This document shows, one piece after another, positions 1-10,088 of a stretch of 64,000 nucleotides of DNA. The translations under genes and the position numbers were made by a program. Source of the DNA: Candidatus Latescibacterota bacterium. GTDB lineage: Bacteria; Latescibacterota; UBA2968; UBA8231. The notes beneath the pieces are model-generated. The model was not told the DNA's origin. It saw only the letters and a list, made by a program, of their open reading frames with translations, and did no database searches. The stretch lies in the NCBI GenBank assembly GCA_965242865.1, contig CBDETK010000013.1, positions 2,880,001 to 2,944,000 on the forward strand. Reading direction: 5' to 3'. How positions within the stretch are numbered: the stretch's first letter is position 1; every line of letters begins with the position of its first letter.

Positions 1-2
1 AG

Positions 3-1211
3 ACCATTTCCCAAGCGCGTCGCCTGCTGCCCGAGGGCACCTTCATCCACTTCCACACCCACGAAACGGCCGGCATTGGCGTCAGCGCCAACCTGGCCGC
101 CCTCGACGCGGGGGCCGACGCCATCGACCTGTCCATGGCCCCTTGCTCCGGCGGCACCTGCCAGCCCGACATCATCGTCATGTGGCACGCGCTGCGCGGC
201 TCCGATTACGATCTCGACATCGACGTCGACAAGATCCGCGAGGCCGAGGAAGTCTTTAAGGAGCGCATGGCCTCCTACTTCCTGCCCCCCGAAGCGGTGG
301 CGGTCGAGCCGATGATTCCTTGGAGCCCCATGCCCGGCGGCGCCCTGACGGCCAACACCCAGATGCTGCGCGACAACGGCATCATGGACAAGTACCCAGA
401 CATGATCAAGGCCATGCGCGAGGTCGTCGAAAAGGGCGGGTTCGGCACCTCGGTGACGCCGGTCTCGCAATTTTACTTTCAGCAGGCTTTTAACAACGTC
501 ATGTTCGGCCCTTGGGAGCGGATCGCCGCGCCCTACGGCCAAATGGTCTTGGGCTACTTTGGCAAGACGCCCGTCGCGCCCGACCCCTCGGTCGTGGAGA
601 TCGCGGCCCAACAACTCGAGCTAGAGCCAACGACCCAAAAGCCGCTCGCCCGCAACGACGCCGACCCGAACAAAGGCGTCGAACCGGCCCGCAACCAACT
701 GCGGGAAGCCGGCCTCCCCGAGACGGACGAAAACATTTTCATCGTCGCCACCTGCCAAGACAAGGGCCTTGCCTTCCTCAAGGGCGAAGGCGAGATCGGG
801 GTGCGCAAGATAGAAAAGGATTTACAAGAACCCCCCCCGGCCGACGGGCCGGCGCGCTATGAGGTCACCGTGGATGGCCGCCGCTATGCCGTAGCCATTG
901 ACGGCGACACAGCCACTGTGGATGGCCGCCGCTTCCAAGTCAGCTTGGACCCAGCCACAGACGCGGCCGCTGTCCCGCCGACCCCCAAGGCCCAAGACAG
1001 CACTCCGGTACAAGCCCAGATGCCCGGGAAAGTAATCCGCCACCTCGTCCAAGTCGGTGCCTCCGTCCAAACGGGCGATGGCATCATAGTGCTCGAAGCC
1101 ATGAAGATGGAAATGCCGGTAACAGCACCCGTCGGCGGCACGGTGGCCGATATTTTGGTCCAGGCCGGGGATCAGGTGGCCGACGGACAGGTGCTGGCGC
1201 ACATACGCTGA
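3..1211 (+). CDS. Pyruvate/oxaloacetate carboxylase-type carboxyltransferase subunit with C-terminal biotinyl domain (5' end outside window)
   Basis: Frame is open from base 3 with the HFHTH metal motif, PGGALT and VTPVSQ carboxyltransferase motifs, and the biotin attachment motif EAMKM. Confidence 0.9.
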   Translation, partial: TISQARRLLPEGTFIHFHTHETAGIGVSANLAALDAGADAIDLSMAPCSGGTCQPDIIVMWHALRGSDYDLDIDVDKIREAEEVFKERMASYFLPPEAVAVEPMIPWSPMPGGALTANTQMLRDNGIMDKYPDMIKAMREVVEKGGFGTSVTPVSQFYFQQAFNNVMFGPWERIAAPYGQMVLGYFGKTPVAPDPSVVEIAAQQLELEPTTQKPLARNDADPNKGVEPARNQLREAGLPETDENIFIVATCQDKGLAFLKGEGEIGVRKIEKDLQEPPPADGPARYEVTVDGRRYAVAIDGDTATVDGRRFQVSLDPATDAAAVPPTPKAQDSTPVQAQMPGKVIRHLVQVGASVQTGDGIIVLEAMKMEMPVTAPVGGTVADILVQAGDQVADGQVLAHIR

Positions 1212-1278
1212 TAACTGATAACCGCTCCACAGCGGACCAACCCGTCCCTACGGCTTATCAAAACGACTATTATGGATC

Positions 1279-1752
1279 GTGGAACAAACGGTTTACATTG
1301 AGACATCGATTTTTAGCTTCTACTATGAGCGTCGTACTGAACCAGCAGCTATTGCGATGCGCGACTGGACACGTCAATGGTGGGATCGGTGCCGCTCTCA
1401 TTACCTAATATCGACCAGCACAGCCGTTCTGGCTGAATTGGATGCTGGTAATCTGTCACATCGAGATGACGCTTTACGTTTGGCTGCTACTCTGCCGGCC
1501 ATTCCAGCCGGGGACGAGATCGGCGAGATTGTAGAGGTCTATATTCAGCATCATCTGATGCCGCGTAATCCTCTTGGAGATGCCTTGCATCTGGCTTTGG
1601 CATCATTTTATAAATTTGATTATCTCCTCACTTGGAACTGTGTGCATCTTGCCAATGCCAATAAAATTGGACACATCCGTCGCATCAATGCACTATTGGG
1701 CTTACATGTGCCAATTTTGACAACACCCCTAGAACTGATGGGAGGTGAATAG
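1279..1752 (+). CDS. PIN-domain (VapC-like) toxin
   Basis: N-terminal VYIETS and C-terminal DALHLALA...LLTWN PIN motifs; lower GC than flanks. Confidence 0.85.
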   Translation: MEQTVYIETSIFSFYYERRTEPAAIAMRDWTRQWWDRCRSHYLISTSTAVLAELDAGNLSHRDDALRLAATLPAIPAGDEIGEIVEVYIQHHLMPRNPLGDALHLALASFYKFDYLLTWNCVHLANANKIGHIRRINALLGLHVPILTTPLELMGGE

Positions 1753-1754
1753 TC

Positions 1755-1949
1755 ATGGATACCTATCGAGAATTGATTGACAGCATACGAGAGAGCCGAA
1801 GGCGAATGTCAGAGGAATGCAACCATGATCCGGCCAGATACCTAGCGTATTTGCAGTCTTTCAATGCCAGATATTCAAAGCAAATTGAATCATTTCAAAA
1901 ACTGCGTGATTCTGCTCATGCGGAAAATTTGATGTCTTCGTCAGAATAA
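1755..1949 (+). CDS. Small putative antitoxin partner of the PIN toxin
   Basis: 64 aa, GGAGG RBS, starts 2 bp after the PIN gene; IRESRRRMSEEC pattern typical of small genes downstream of this PIN subfamily. Confidence 0.6.
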   Translation: MDTYRELIDSIRESRRRMSEECNHDPARYLAYLQSFNARYSKQIESFQKLRDSAHAENLMSSSE

Positions 1950-1987
1950 GGCCTCCTTGCCAAGAACGAGCAACCCAAAAACGCTGC

Positions 1988-2695
1988 TCATGCCCTTACA
2001 TCTCCGACCCACACCTCGCGTCGCGTCCCATCGTCTTCGCGCAGCAGCAGTTGCCCGGCGGGGCCAAAGCCCAGCACCACGCCCGTATGGCCGCCGACTG
2101 CGACGTATTGGCCCAAGTTGGCGCAGTGCGACTCCCACGGCGCACTCAGCGCAGCAAAGCCGCCTTTTTCCCAGCGTCCGATCCACACCTGCAAATGCGC
2201 CAGCAGCTCGCCCAAGGCCCCCTCTACCGTGCGCTCGGCTCCGGTCTCGACCCGCAGCGAGGTGGCGGGCTGGGCGATGGACGCGGCCTCGTCGGCATCC
2301 ATGTTGACGTTGAGGCCGATTCCGAGGACCACCCCTGTACAGCGCTCGGCCAAAATGCCGCAAATTTTGCGGCCGCCCACGAGCACATCGTTGGGCCACT
2401 TGGTCTGCGCCGCCAAGCCATTTTCTTTTAGATAAGCTACCGCGCCCAAGGCCGCAGCTTGCGGCAGCGACAGGAGCTGCAAGGGCGACGCATCGGGCCG
2501 CAACAGCGCGGAAAAGGTCAAGTTGCGACCGGGCCGGGCGAGCCATTGCCGCTCGTAGCGGCCCCGGCCAGCGGTCTGGGACCGGGCCGCTAGCACGAAG
2601 CCATCGGGCAGGTTGCGACCCGTGCGCAGCCACTCGATCAAGGTTGTATTGGTCGAGGGCAATTCGTCGTGCCACTGGGGTTTTTGGAATCGCAT
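1988..2695 (-). CDS. birA: Biotin--[acetyl-CoA-carboxylase] ligase
   Basis: STN, QTAGRGR, KWPND and KICGIL motifs; no N-terminal HTH. Confidence 0.95.
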   Translation of the reverse strand: MRFQKPQWHDELPSTNTTLIEWLRTGRNLPDGFVLAARSQTAGRGRYERQWLARPGRNLTFSALLRPDASPLQLLSLPQAAALGAVAYLKENGLAAQTKWPNDVLVGGRKICGILAERCTGVVLGIGLNVNMDADEAASIAQPATSLRVETGAERTVEGALGELLAHLQVWIGRWEKGGFAALSAPWESHCANLGQYVAVGGHTGVVLGFGPAGQLLLREDDGTRREVWVGDVRA

Positions 2696-2755
2696 CGTTT
2701 GATAATATAATATCTATGTTGGTATTTTTGCCTTTTAACGATCGGAGCCAATCTC

Positions 2756-4120
2756 ATGCCTGTTTCTAGACGCCAATTTCTCAAAAGTGCCGCAGCCGTT
2801 TCCGTCGGTTTTGCCGGCCTCCATCGCCACCTTGCTTGGGGCGATTCTGCACGCGCAAACCGCTTTGGGCCGCTCGTGCGCGACCCCGCAGGCATCCTCG
2901 ACCTGCCCGAAGGATTTAGCTATCGGATTCTCTCGCGCGTCGGCCAAGCCATGGACGACGGCCTGCGGGTGCCGGGCGCAGCCGACGGGATGGCCGCTTT
3001 TCCCGGGGCCGAGGGCCGCGTCGTTTTGGTGCGCAACCACGAGTTGAGCAGCGGGGCGCGGGAGGCCGGGGCCTTTGGCGACGCCAACGAGGCGTTGGGC
3101 AAGCTGCCCAAAGAAGATCTGTACGATTGGGGGCACGGCGAGCTGCCGGGCTTGGGCGGCACCACAACCGTCGTGTACAACCCACAAACCGGCGCAGTGG
3201 AGCGGGAATTTCTCAGCTTGGCTGGCACGGCCATCAACTGCGCTGGCGGCCCGACCCCGTGGCATAGCTGGGTTAGTTGCGAAGAGACGACCCAGCGGAT
3301 GGACGCGCCGATCGAAAAAGACCACGGCTACAACTTCGAGGTTCCCGCGACCACAGCAATCCGCCGCGCCGCGCCAGTGCCACTCAAGGCCATGGGGCGC
3401 TTCAGGCACGAGGCCATCGCCGTTGATCCCCGCTCGGGCATCGTCTATCAGACCGAAGATACGGACGACGGCTTGATTTACCGCTACATCCCCGACGCCC
3501 CGGGCAAACTAACGGCTGGCCGGCTGCAAGCCTTGGCCGCAATTGACCATCCGAGCTTGGATACCCGCAACTGGGAAAAAGAGCTGGTGCGCCGAGGCGA
3601 GCCGCTCGCCGTGCGCTGGGTCGATATAGAAAACGTCGAGTCGCCGGGCGACGATTTGCGCTTGCAGGGATTTGACGGCAAGGGCTGCGCCCGCTTTGCC
3701 CGCGGCGAGGGCATGTGGTATGGCCGCGAGGCGATTTACTTTGCTTGCACCAGCGGCGGCCGCCAAAAGAAAGGGCAGATTTTCCGCTACCAGCCTAGCT
3801 CTGACGAGAGCCAAGCCCCGGGGACGCTCGAACTGTTCGTCGAGCCAAACGATGGCGATCTAGTCGACAACGCCGACAACCTCACGGTCTCGCCTTTTGG
3901 CGATTTGATAGTCTGCGAGGACGGCAGCGGGGACAACAACTTGGTCGGCGTAACGCCCGCTGGCCAGATTTACCGCTTCGGGCACAATCGCATGAACGAG
4001 TCCGAATTCGCCGGCGCGACCTTCTCGCCCGACGGGCACGTGCTCTTCGTCAATATCCAGCACCCCGGGACCACACTGGCCATCTACGGCCCTTGGGATC
4101 AGCGGCGGTCTGACGGTTAG
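2756..4120 (+). CDS. phoX: PhoX-family alkaline phosphatase (DUF839), Tat-exported
   Basis: SRRQFLK Tat motif; NCAGGPTPW, SCEE, GRFRHEA, DNLT and FVNIQHPG motifs. Confidence 0.88.
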   Translation: MPVSRRQFLKSAAAVSVGFAGLHRHLAWGDSARANRFGPLVRDPAGILDLPEGFSYRILSRVGQAMDDGLRVPGAADGMAAFPGAEGRVVLVRNHELSSGAREAGAFGDANEALGKLPKEDLYDWGHGELPGLGGTTTVVYNPQTGAVEREFLSLAGTAINCAGGPTPWHSWVSCEETTQRMDAPIEKDHGYNFEVPATTAIRRAAPVPLKAMGRFRHEAIAVDPRSGIVYQTEDTDDGLIYRYIPDAPGKLTAGRLQALAAIDHPSLDTRNWEKELVRRGEPLAVRWVDIENVESPGDDLRLQGFDGKGCARFARGEGMWYGREAIYFACTSGGRQKKGQIFRYQPSSDESQAPGTLELFVEPNDGDLVDNADNLTVSPFGDLIVCEDGSGDNNLVGVTPAGQIYRFGHNRMNESEFAGATFSPDGHVLFVNIQHPGTTLAIYGPWDQRRSDG

Positions 4121-4161
4121 CTCTTCAGGCCAACATGCTCGTTCCGTGAAAACGGAAGCAC

Positions 4162-4190
4162 TTGAATAGGTTAGGCTCCCTTTGTATTTT
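4162..4190 (+). promoter_or_regulatory. Putative sigma70 promoter for the 4302 gene pair
   Basis: TTGAAT (4162-4167), 17-bp spacer, TATTTT (4185-4190). Confidence 0.4.
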
Positions 4191-4301
4191 CTTTGGGCCG
4201 CCCTGAAATGACAGGGCCTGTAGCGGGTTAGGCATATATGACACCCTCCTTTAGAGAAAGGCGGTTGATTTGCTCACGCAAAATCCCGGACAGATGTCTA
4301 A

Positions 4302-4568
4302 ATGGATACTTATATTGTTACTTTTGAAGTAGATGACTCTAGGCAAGAGCCCCTAAGAGATCAACTAAAGAAGTTTGGTTCTTATTGTCCTATTCACGGT
4401 AACTGCTGGGCCATTATATCGGATAAACCTCCTGCCGAAATTAGAAATTTTCTAGCCGAGGCTCTTTCCGATCAGGACCGTATCTTTGTCATTCGATCCG
4501 GGACATATTCTGCGTGGAGGAATGCCTATAGTGAAAAACATAGTGACTGGTTAAAGGAAAAATTGTAA
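4302..4568 (+). CDS. Small Cas2/VapD-like ferredoxin-fold protein
   Basis: 88 aa; YIVTFEV strand, W-x-I, D..DRIFV and C-terminal AW...DWLK, resembling stand-alone Cas2-like proteins. Confidence 0.55.
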   Translation: MDTYIVTFEVDDSRQEPLRDQLKKFGSYCPIHGNCWAIISDKPPAEIRNFLAEALSDQDRIFVIRSGTYSAWRNAYSEKHSDWLKEKL

Positions 4569-4981
4569 TGGCTTCACTTCCCCCTCTACCCCCACATGAC
4601 GAAGAAAGTCTTCCAGTAAGACGAGGTAGAGTCGACTCGGTTGATTTATTTGAGGTCAAAGAAGGAGAGTTAGAAAAAATAGAATCAGGATTGAAAGATA
4701 CGCCGTTGGATTTGTCCTATGCAAGCATACTCCTTTCATCTGGACTTACATGTATAGGGTCATTGGCGACCTCTGATTTTAAGTGGGAGATAGCAAAATT
4801 TCTGTACGTATCCATTGCGTTCTTCGGCCCGATCTTTAGTATTTATTTTTTCTTTCGCTGGCGGAGTAAAAGATCTTCTAACGCTAGTGTTATAGACACG
4901 ATTAAAAAGAGAATTGAGACCAAGAACGGAGGTTCAAAAGATCGACCATCCGATGAGAACACCCCTTCCTTTTTGGGATGA
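4568..4981 (+). CDS. Two-TM membrane protein, translationally coupled to the upstream gene
   Basis: TAATG stop/start overlap at 4566-4570; two hydrophobic segments followed by a basic tail. Confidence 0.65.
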   Translation: MASLPPLPPHDEESLPVRRGRVDSVDLFEVKEGELEKIESGLKDTPLDLSYASILLSSGLTCIGSLATSDFKWEIAKFLYVSIAFFGPIFSIYFFFRWRSKRSSNASVIDTIKKRIETKNGGSKDRPSDENTPSFLG

Positions 4982-5259
4982 GAGAGGCTCTTTCCTCCTA
5001 GGCTATTTTCAAACGAATACACTACCGAATTTTCTCTTAGGGCTAGGCTACCCGCGCCCGCGTCCGGCAGACGATACAGTGCTGTGTAGTATTCGACACA
5101 TGCTTCTTGCGGTACGTGCTCGTCTTCTTCTGAGAAATGGGAGCGCGAAGCGTTGGTACGCCAATTGCAAGAGTCTTGGACCGGCTGTTCCGACGAGTTA
5201 TATTTTTCGTGCGAGACGCCACCACGCTCCAAGCCTCTAATGCAAAGGAAGTTCACTTG

Positions 5260-7869
5260 ATGCCCCTGTTTGACGATCTAAAGCAATCTGCTTCTGAATG
5301 GCGCAAAGGCGGATATACCTGTGATGACTACCCACTTATCGGCGAAATCCTCGCGTTCCAGCGGGATACACCGGAAGGCATCTCAACGCTCAGGTTCCTG
5401 CGCGAACCCCAGTTTCTCGCCCTTGAGGTGTACTGGTATATCCGGCTCAAACGGAACACCCCTCACATCATAGACCTCTATAAGCACTACTACGGAGACG
5501 ATAAGAAAACTTTTTTTGAGACTCTCGGCGTTACCATATCGAGGGATGCGCTGGAGTGGGCGACCCTAGAAGCCGTTCTCAAGAAAGTCAAAAGCGATCC
5601 CGACTTTGTCGCGGAAAAGAAAATTCAGGCATTGCACGAGGCCGCGATGCTAGACTATCCGAGTTACATCCTCGCCTTGGCCATGGGTGCCGGAAAAACC
5701 GTGCTGATCGGGACGATTATCGCCACTGAGTTTGCCATGTCCCTGCGCTATCCCAACGGCCATTTTATGAGAAACGCGCTTGTGTTTGCGCCCGGCACGA
5801 CGATTATAGAATCCTTGCGCGAACTTAGCGACATGCCTTATGAAAGCATTCTGCCGCCCGACCTCTATCGAGATTTTGCCGCCAATTTGAAAATTGAGTA
5901 TCCGAGCAACGAAAAGGACATACAAGCCCAGACGGGCAGCAGTTACAATCTGGTCATTACCAATACAGAGAAGATCAGTCTGCGTGCTAGGAGAAGAAGC
6001 AATCAGACCGAACTAGATTTCAAAGAAAAGGAGCTGCAAGCGAACTTGAGATTGCAAAAAATCGCCAGCCTGCCGAATCTCGGCGTCTTCTCCGATGAAG
6101 CGCATCACACCTACGGGAACACCTTTAAGCAACTAAAGCGGGTGCGGGAAACCATCAACTACATCCACGAGCAAACCCCGATCATAGCCGTAGTCAACAC
6201 CACCGGGACGCCTTATTACAAGAAACAGTATCTGAAAGAGGTCATTGTCTGGTACGGACTTGGAGACGGCATCAAGGACAACATTCTCAAAGGTCTCAAC
6301 GATGGGATTCACCTATACAACATTGGCAAGCGGTCGGAACAGAGCGTGTTCAACGACATCATCCGGGAGTTTTTCAACCAATACGGCAAGGTCTCGCTCC
6401 CCAACGGAGCAAAGGCAAAAATTGCCTTTTACTTTAAGACACAGGATCACTTGGACGACTCTCGTCCTTGGATTGAGCAGGCCATGACGAGCATGGGCGA
6501 AAGCGTCTCTCAGATATTGGTCAATACCCAGCAATCGAGCACGACGGAAGTGGATGAATTTAAGCGTCTCAACAACCCGACTAACCAGAAGCGCGTGATT
6601 CTTCTGATCGGCAAAGGCGTCGAAGGATGGAACTGTCCGAGTCTGTTTGCCTGTGCGCTCATCAAAGAGCAGACGACGAGCAACAATTATGTTTTGCAGG
6701 CGGCGACCCGGTGCCTGCGACAAGTACCGGGGAACGGGCACTCGGCAAAGGTATTTCTCGATTACGGCAATGTGCGGACGCTAGAAAAGGAACTAAAAGA
6801 CAATTTTGGCACTGACCTCGACCTGCTCAGCGCGGCATCGGGCGATAAAGAGACCGTAACGCTGCGTATTGTAAAAACGGATCTACCCAAACTAGAAATC
6901 ACTCGCACGATCAAGCGGGCTGGCCGCACTGAAAAGCCAAGCGGCAATCTCATCCTGAACAAACCGGAATCGCAAGAAGCTCCTGCAGTGATCCGCAGCA
7001 TTCTGACGCCGGATTTCAGCGGACTACAGGAAATCCTGATGCCAACGGGCGACACCAAGGAACTGCTGGTCGTAGCGGAAACGACAGGTTGCCATGCTGC
7101 CGCTTGGAAAATTGCCGTGCGCTACCATCTGCCGGTGATACCAATTTTGAAGAAGCTCAACCGCTTATATCCCGAAGGCGAAATGCCGAGTACTCATTTA
7201 TACGGACTGTTTCAGCAAGTTGAAGAGCAGCAGGCGGACTACGAGACTATCGAGGAAAAAGTCACCGAGGCGATGGCCCTAATTCGGGTTCAGGATGAGA
7301 GCGGAATGGACCTCTTTGCAAAGGACGAGGACGGCGTTTACGTCCACCACTTGCGCCTGCTCAGGCGAACTTATGACCGGATGAGAGACGGCGGGCTGTT
7401 CGCTGACCGCGAGGAGTATGCAGACGAGCGCGACTTGAGCTTCCACTACACGCCGTACAACTTCGACAGCGAACCGGAGCGTTCCTTCTTCCGACAGATT
7501 TTATTCGCACTCAACACCAATCCCGACGACGTGACAGCCTTTTTATTCACCGGCGGCCTAACAGACCCCAATAAGACCGACTTCCATTTTGAATACATGG
7601 GCGAGGACAAGCGATACCACCGCTATTTCCCCGACTTTGTCATTGTCAAGAAAACGGGTGAATTTTATATTGTCGAGGTTAAGGCTGAGAATGAGCGCGG
7701 CGACAGGACAGTGGAGGCGAAAAGGAAGGCCGTGGAGCGGTTACAGAATATGCAGCCGGATAAATTCAAATATAACGTCGTTTATACTCAGGCTGCTGCC
7801 ATAAGCACAGAGCATATCAAACCAATTGCCGATTGGGTTCAAAAACCAAAAGCATCGTCTCGGCAATAA
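5260..7869 (+). CDS. res: Type III restriction enzyme Res subunit (SF2 helicase plus PD-(D/E)xK nuclease)
   Basis: AMGAGKT Walker A, DEAHH, EGWNCP, QAATRCLR and C-terminal YFPDF...IVEVK; start placed at ATG 5260 behind AAGGAA. Confidence 0.9.
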   Translation: MPLFDDLKQSASEWRKGGYTCDDYPLIGEILAFQRDTPEGISTLRFLREPQFLALEVYWYIRLKRNTPHIIDLYKHYYGDDKKTFFETLGVTISRDALEWATLEAVLKKVKSDPDFVAEKKIQALHEAAMLDYPSYILALAMGAGKTVLIGTIIATEFAMSLRYPNGHFMRNALVFAPGTTIIESLRELSDMPYESILPPDLYRDFAANLKIEYPSNEKDIQAQTGSSYNLVITNTEKISLRARRRSNQTELDFKEKELQANLRLQKIASLPNLGVFSDEAHHTYGNTFKQLKRVRETINYIHEQTPIIAVVNTTGTPYYKKQYLKEVIVWYGLGDGIKDNILKGLNDGIHLYNIGKRSEQSVFNDIIREFFNQYGKVSLPNGAKAKIAFYFKTQDHLDDSRPWIEQAMTSMGESVSQILVNTQQSSTTEVDEFKRLNNPTNQKRVILLIGKGVEGWNCPSLFACALIKEQTTSNNYVLQAATRCLRQVPGNGHSAKVFLDYGNVRTLEKELKDNFGTDLDLLSAASGDKETVTLRIVKTDLPKLEITRTIKRAGRTEKPSGNLILNKPESQEAPAVIRSILTPDFSGLQEILMPTGDTKELLVVAETTGCHAAAWKIAVRYHLPVIPILKKLNRLYPEGEMPSTHLYGLFQQVEEQQADYETIEEKVTEAMALIRVQDESGMDLFAKDEDGVYVHHLRLLRRTYDRMRDGGLFADREEYADERDLSFHYTPYNFDSEPERSFFRQILFALNTNPDDVTAFLFTGGLTDPNKTDFHFEYMGEDKRYHRYFPDFVIVKKTGEFYIVEVKAENERGDRTVEAKRKAVERLQNMQPDKFKYNVVYTQAAAISTEHIKPIADWVQKPKASSRQ

Positions 7870-7882
7870 GGGAGCTAGCATA

Positions 7883-8335
7883 ATGGACGAGAAACAGGAG
7901 CTTCTGGAAATCTACAAGCTACACGCCGAACTTGCGGACAGAGTGAGTCAAAGACGAGAAGGAGCAAATAGGCTCTTCGTAAGTCTGCTGACGGGCACGT
8001 TAATTTTTCTCGCCGCTTTTTTGAGATATGGCGAGGAAACCATGCCTATCGATGCAATTTTGACCACCGTTAGTATTTTTGGGGTTTTTCTCTCCGTAGC
8101 ATGGTATGTCATTATCCGATCCTATCGCCAACTCAACTCGGGAAAATTTGCCGCTTTACACGAGTTAGAAGAAAAACTCGCCTATCCCTTTTTTAAGCGT
8201 GAATGGGAGTTGTTAGAGGAAGGCAAAAAAAGAAGTCGCTACTGGAAACTCACAGTTGTTGAGACCTTCCTTCCCTTTATCTTTTTTATCCTTTATATCG
8301 CTCTAATTATCATTTTTTTCACTATTTGCAGGTAA
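7883..8335 (+). CDS. Three-TM membrane protein (RipA-family octameric membrane protein / SLATT-like)
   Basis: LEIYK...ADRVSQRR..AN, three hydrophobic helices, YRQLNSGKF..LHELE; GGAG RBS. Confidence 0.7.
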   Translation: MDEKQELLEIYKLHAELADRVSQRREGANRLFVSLLTGTLIFLAAFLRYGEETMPIDAILTTVSIFGVFLSVAWYVIIRSYRQLNSGKFAALHELEEKLAYPFFKREWELLEEGKKRSRYWKLTVVETFLPFIFFILYIALIIIFFTICR

Positions 8336-8347
8336 GCAGGTAAACAA

Positions 8348-10078
8348 ATGCAAACCCCGCTCAAAATCGCCCCGCTCAAAGGGCGTCCCATGCTCCATTG
8401 GGTCGGCAAGAAACCGCTGGACGTCGTGCGGCATTTTCCAGCGCAGCTATGTGAGACGGTGGAAGTTAAAGATCCGCCGGCCGAACCATCCTATAAGGAA
8501 TTTGCCAAGAGCAGTTACAACCTGCTATTCCACGGCGATAACAAGGAAATTCTCTCTTCTCTCTTGATCGCCGGGTTCAGGGGCAAGGTCGATCTCATTT
8601 ACATCGACCCGCCGTTTGATTCGGCCTCGGATTACGTCCGCAAAGTCAGGTTGCGCGGGCAATCCAAAATGCTCAAAGGCGAGGGACATACTTCTATCGA
8701 GCAGACGCAATACGAGGATATTTGGGCGAATGACAATTACTTGCAGTTCATGTATGAACGGTTGATTCTACTGCGGGAATTGCTGAGCGACAAGGGGAGT
8801 ATTTACCTGCATTGCGACTGGCATAAAAGCCATCACCTGCGGTTTTTGTTGGACGAGGTATTTGGAGCAGAAAATTTTGGCAACGAAATTATCTGGTGCT
8901 ATACCTTTCCTGGGCCGTCCCCACAAAACTTCCCAAGAAAACATGACAATATATTGCGATACAAGAAAATCAACGGCAATGCTATTTTTAATCCCGATGA
9001 CATACGGATACCATACAAGGCTGATTTTACAGCAGTAAGAACAATTGGCGGTGCAGAATATGATGCTGATTCCCAAATAGCTAGGCATGGGAAAGGTAAA
9101 GTTCCAGAATCGTGGTGGGTTGATATGTCAAATGTCTCAGCTTGGCGAGACGAACTTCTTGACTTCCCAACCCAAAAACCCGAAACCCTGTTAGAGCGCA
9201 TTATCAAAGCCTCAAGTAACGAAGGCTCCATCGTCCTCGACTGCTTCTGCGGCTCCGGCACCACCGCGGCCGTTGCCGAAAAGCTAGGCCGTCGCTGGAT
9301 CGTGGCAGATTTGAACAAGGGCGCGATTCAAACCACCATCAAGCGGGTACAAAAAATCATCGATCAAAAAAACGGCGACTTGATAGACAATGGCCGCGGC
9401 TTCATTCACTATCGGGTCAACAACTACAACTTCGCCAAGCAGAACGGGCTCGAGAAAATTATCATCTCTAAGTACGGCATCCAAAAAGACAACGGCGACC
9501 TGTTTTTCGACGGCATAGTCGGCGGCAAGTTGGCGAAAATCATCGACCTGAACAGGCCGTTGAACCGGATGGATGTCCAGATCATCAAAGATGAAATTGC
9601 CCACAATCGCCCGGACGAAACCCGGGATATTGCCGTTTTCTGCAACGGCTCTGAAATGGGCATCATCGACGAACTCGCCCAAGAGAGAAGCCCGATCAAC
9701 AAGATCACGATCTGCGACATTCAGCAAGACGGGGTAACAATAGACCAGCCTGCTGAAGCGGATGTGCAAATCGCTAAGAAAGGTAAAAAAGCGACGATCA
9801 AAATTGCCGACTACATCAGCCCTGCCATTCTGGCGAGAATGGAAATAGACAGAACCTTCTTTAACGAACAAATCGGCGACTTCCGAGCGCAGATCGACTG
9901 CGTTCTGATGGACACGGACTACAACGGCGAGAATTTCAACATCGCGGTAAGCGATCTGCCGCAGAAGAGATCTGACTTTATCAAAGGCGAATACGAACTG
10001 ACGCTCCCCCGCACCAGCGCAAAAGTCGCGGTCAAGATCGTAGATATGCTGGGAGAGGAAGTTGTTGTGGTCGAGTGA
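8348..10078 (+). CDS. mod: Type III R-M Mod subunit (beta-class N6-adenine DNA methyltransferase)
   Basis: YIDPPF motif IV precedes TQKPE and the DCFCGSGTT motif I. Confidence 0.92.
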   Translation: MQTPLKIAPLKGRPMLHWVGKKPLDVVRHFPAQLCETVEVKDPPAEPSYKEFAKSSYNLLFHGDNKEILSSLLIAGFRGKVDLIYIDPPFDSASDYVRKVRLRGQSKMLKGEGHTSIEQTQYEDIWANDNYLQFMYERLILLRELLSDKGSIYLHCDWHKSHHLRFLLDEVFGAENFGNEIIWCYTFPGPSPQNFPRKHDNILRYKKINGNAIFNPDDIRIPYKADFTAVRTIGGAEYDADSQIARHGKGKVPESWWVDMSNVSAWRDELLDFPTQKPETLLERIIKASSNEGSIVLDCFCGSGTTAAVAEKLGRRWIVADLNKGAIQTTIKRVQKIIDQKNGDLIDNGRGFIHYRVNNYNFAKQNGLEKIIISKYGIQKDNGDLFFDGIVGGKLAKIIDLNRPLNRMDVQIIKDEIAHNRPDETRDIAVFCNGSEMGIIDELAQERSPINKITICDIQQDGVTIDQPAEADVQIAKKGKKATIKIADYISPAILARMEIDRTFFNEQIGDFRAQIDCVLMDTDYNGENFNIAVSDLPQKRSDFIKGEYELTLPRTSAKVAVKIVDMLGEEVVVVE

Positions 10079-10088
10079 TTGACCTCTT

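Noticed and set aside
5137-5259. N-terminal extension of Res in the ORF track
   Set aside because: ATG 5260 has an RBS and begins the protein-like sequence; the extension looks non-coding
4120-5260. Possible CRISPR array or cas locus near the Cas2-like gene
   Set aside because: No regularly spaced repeats and no other cas genes were seen in the window
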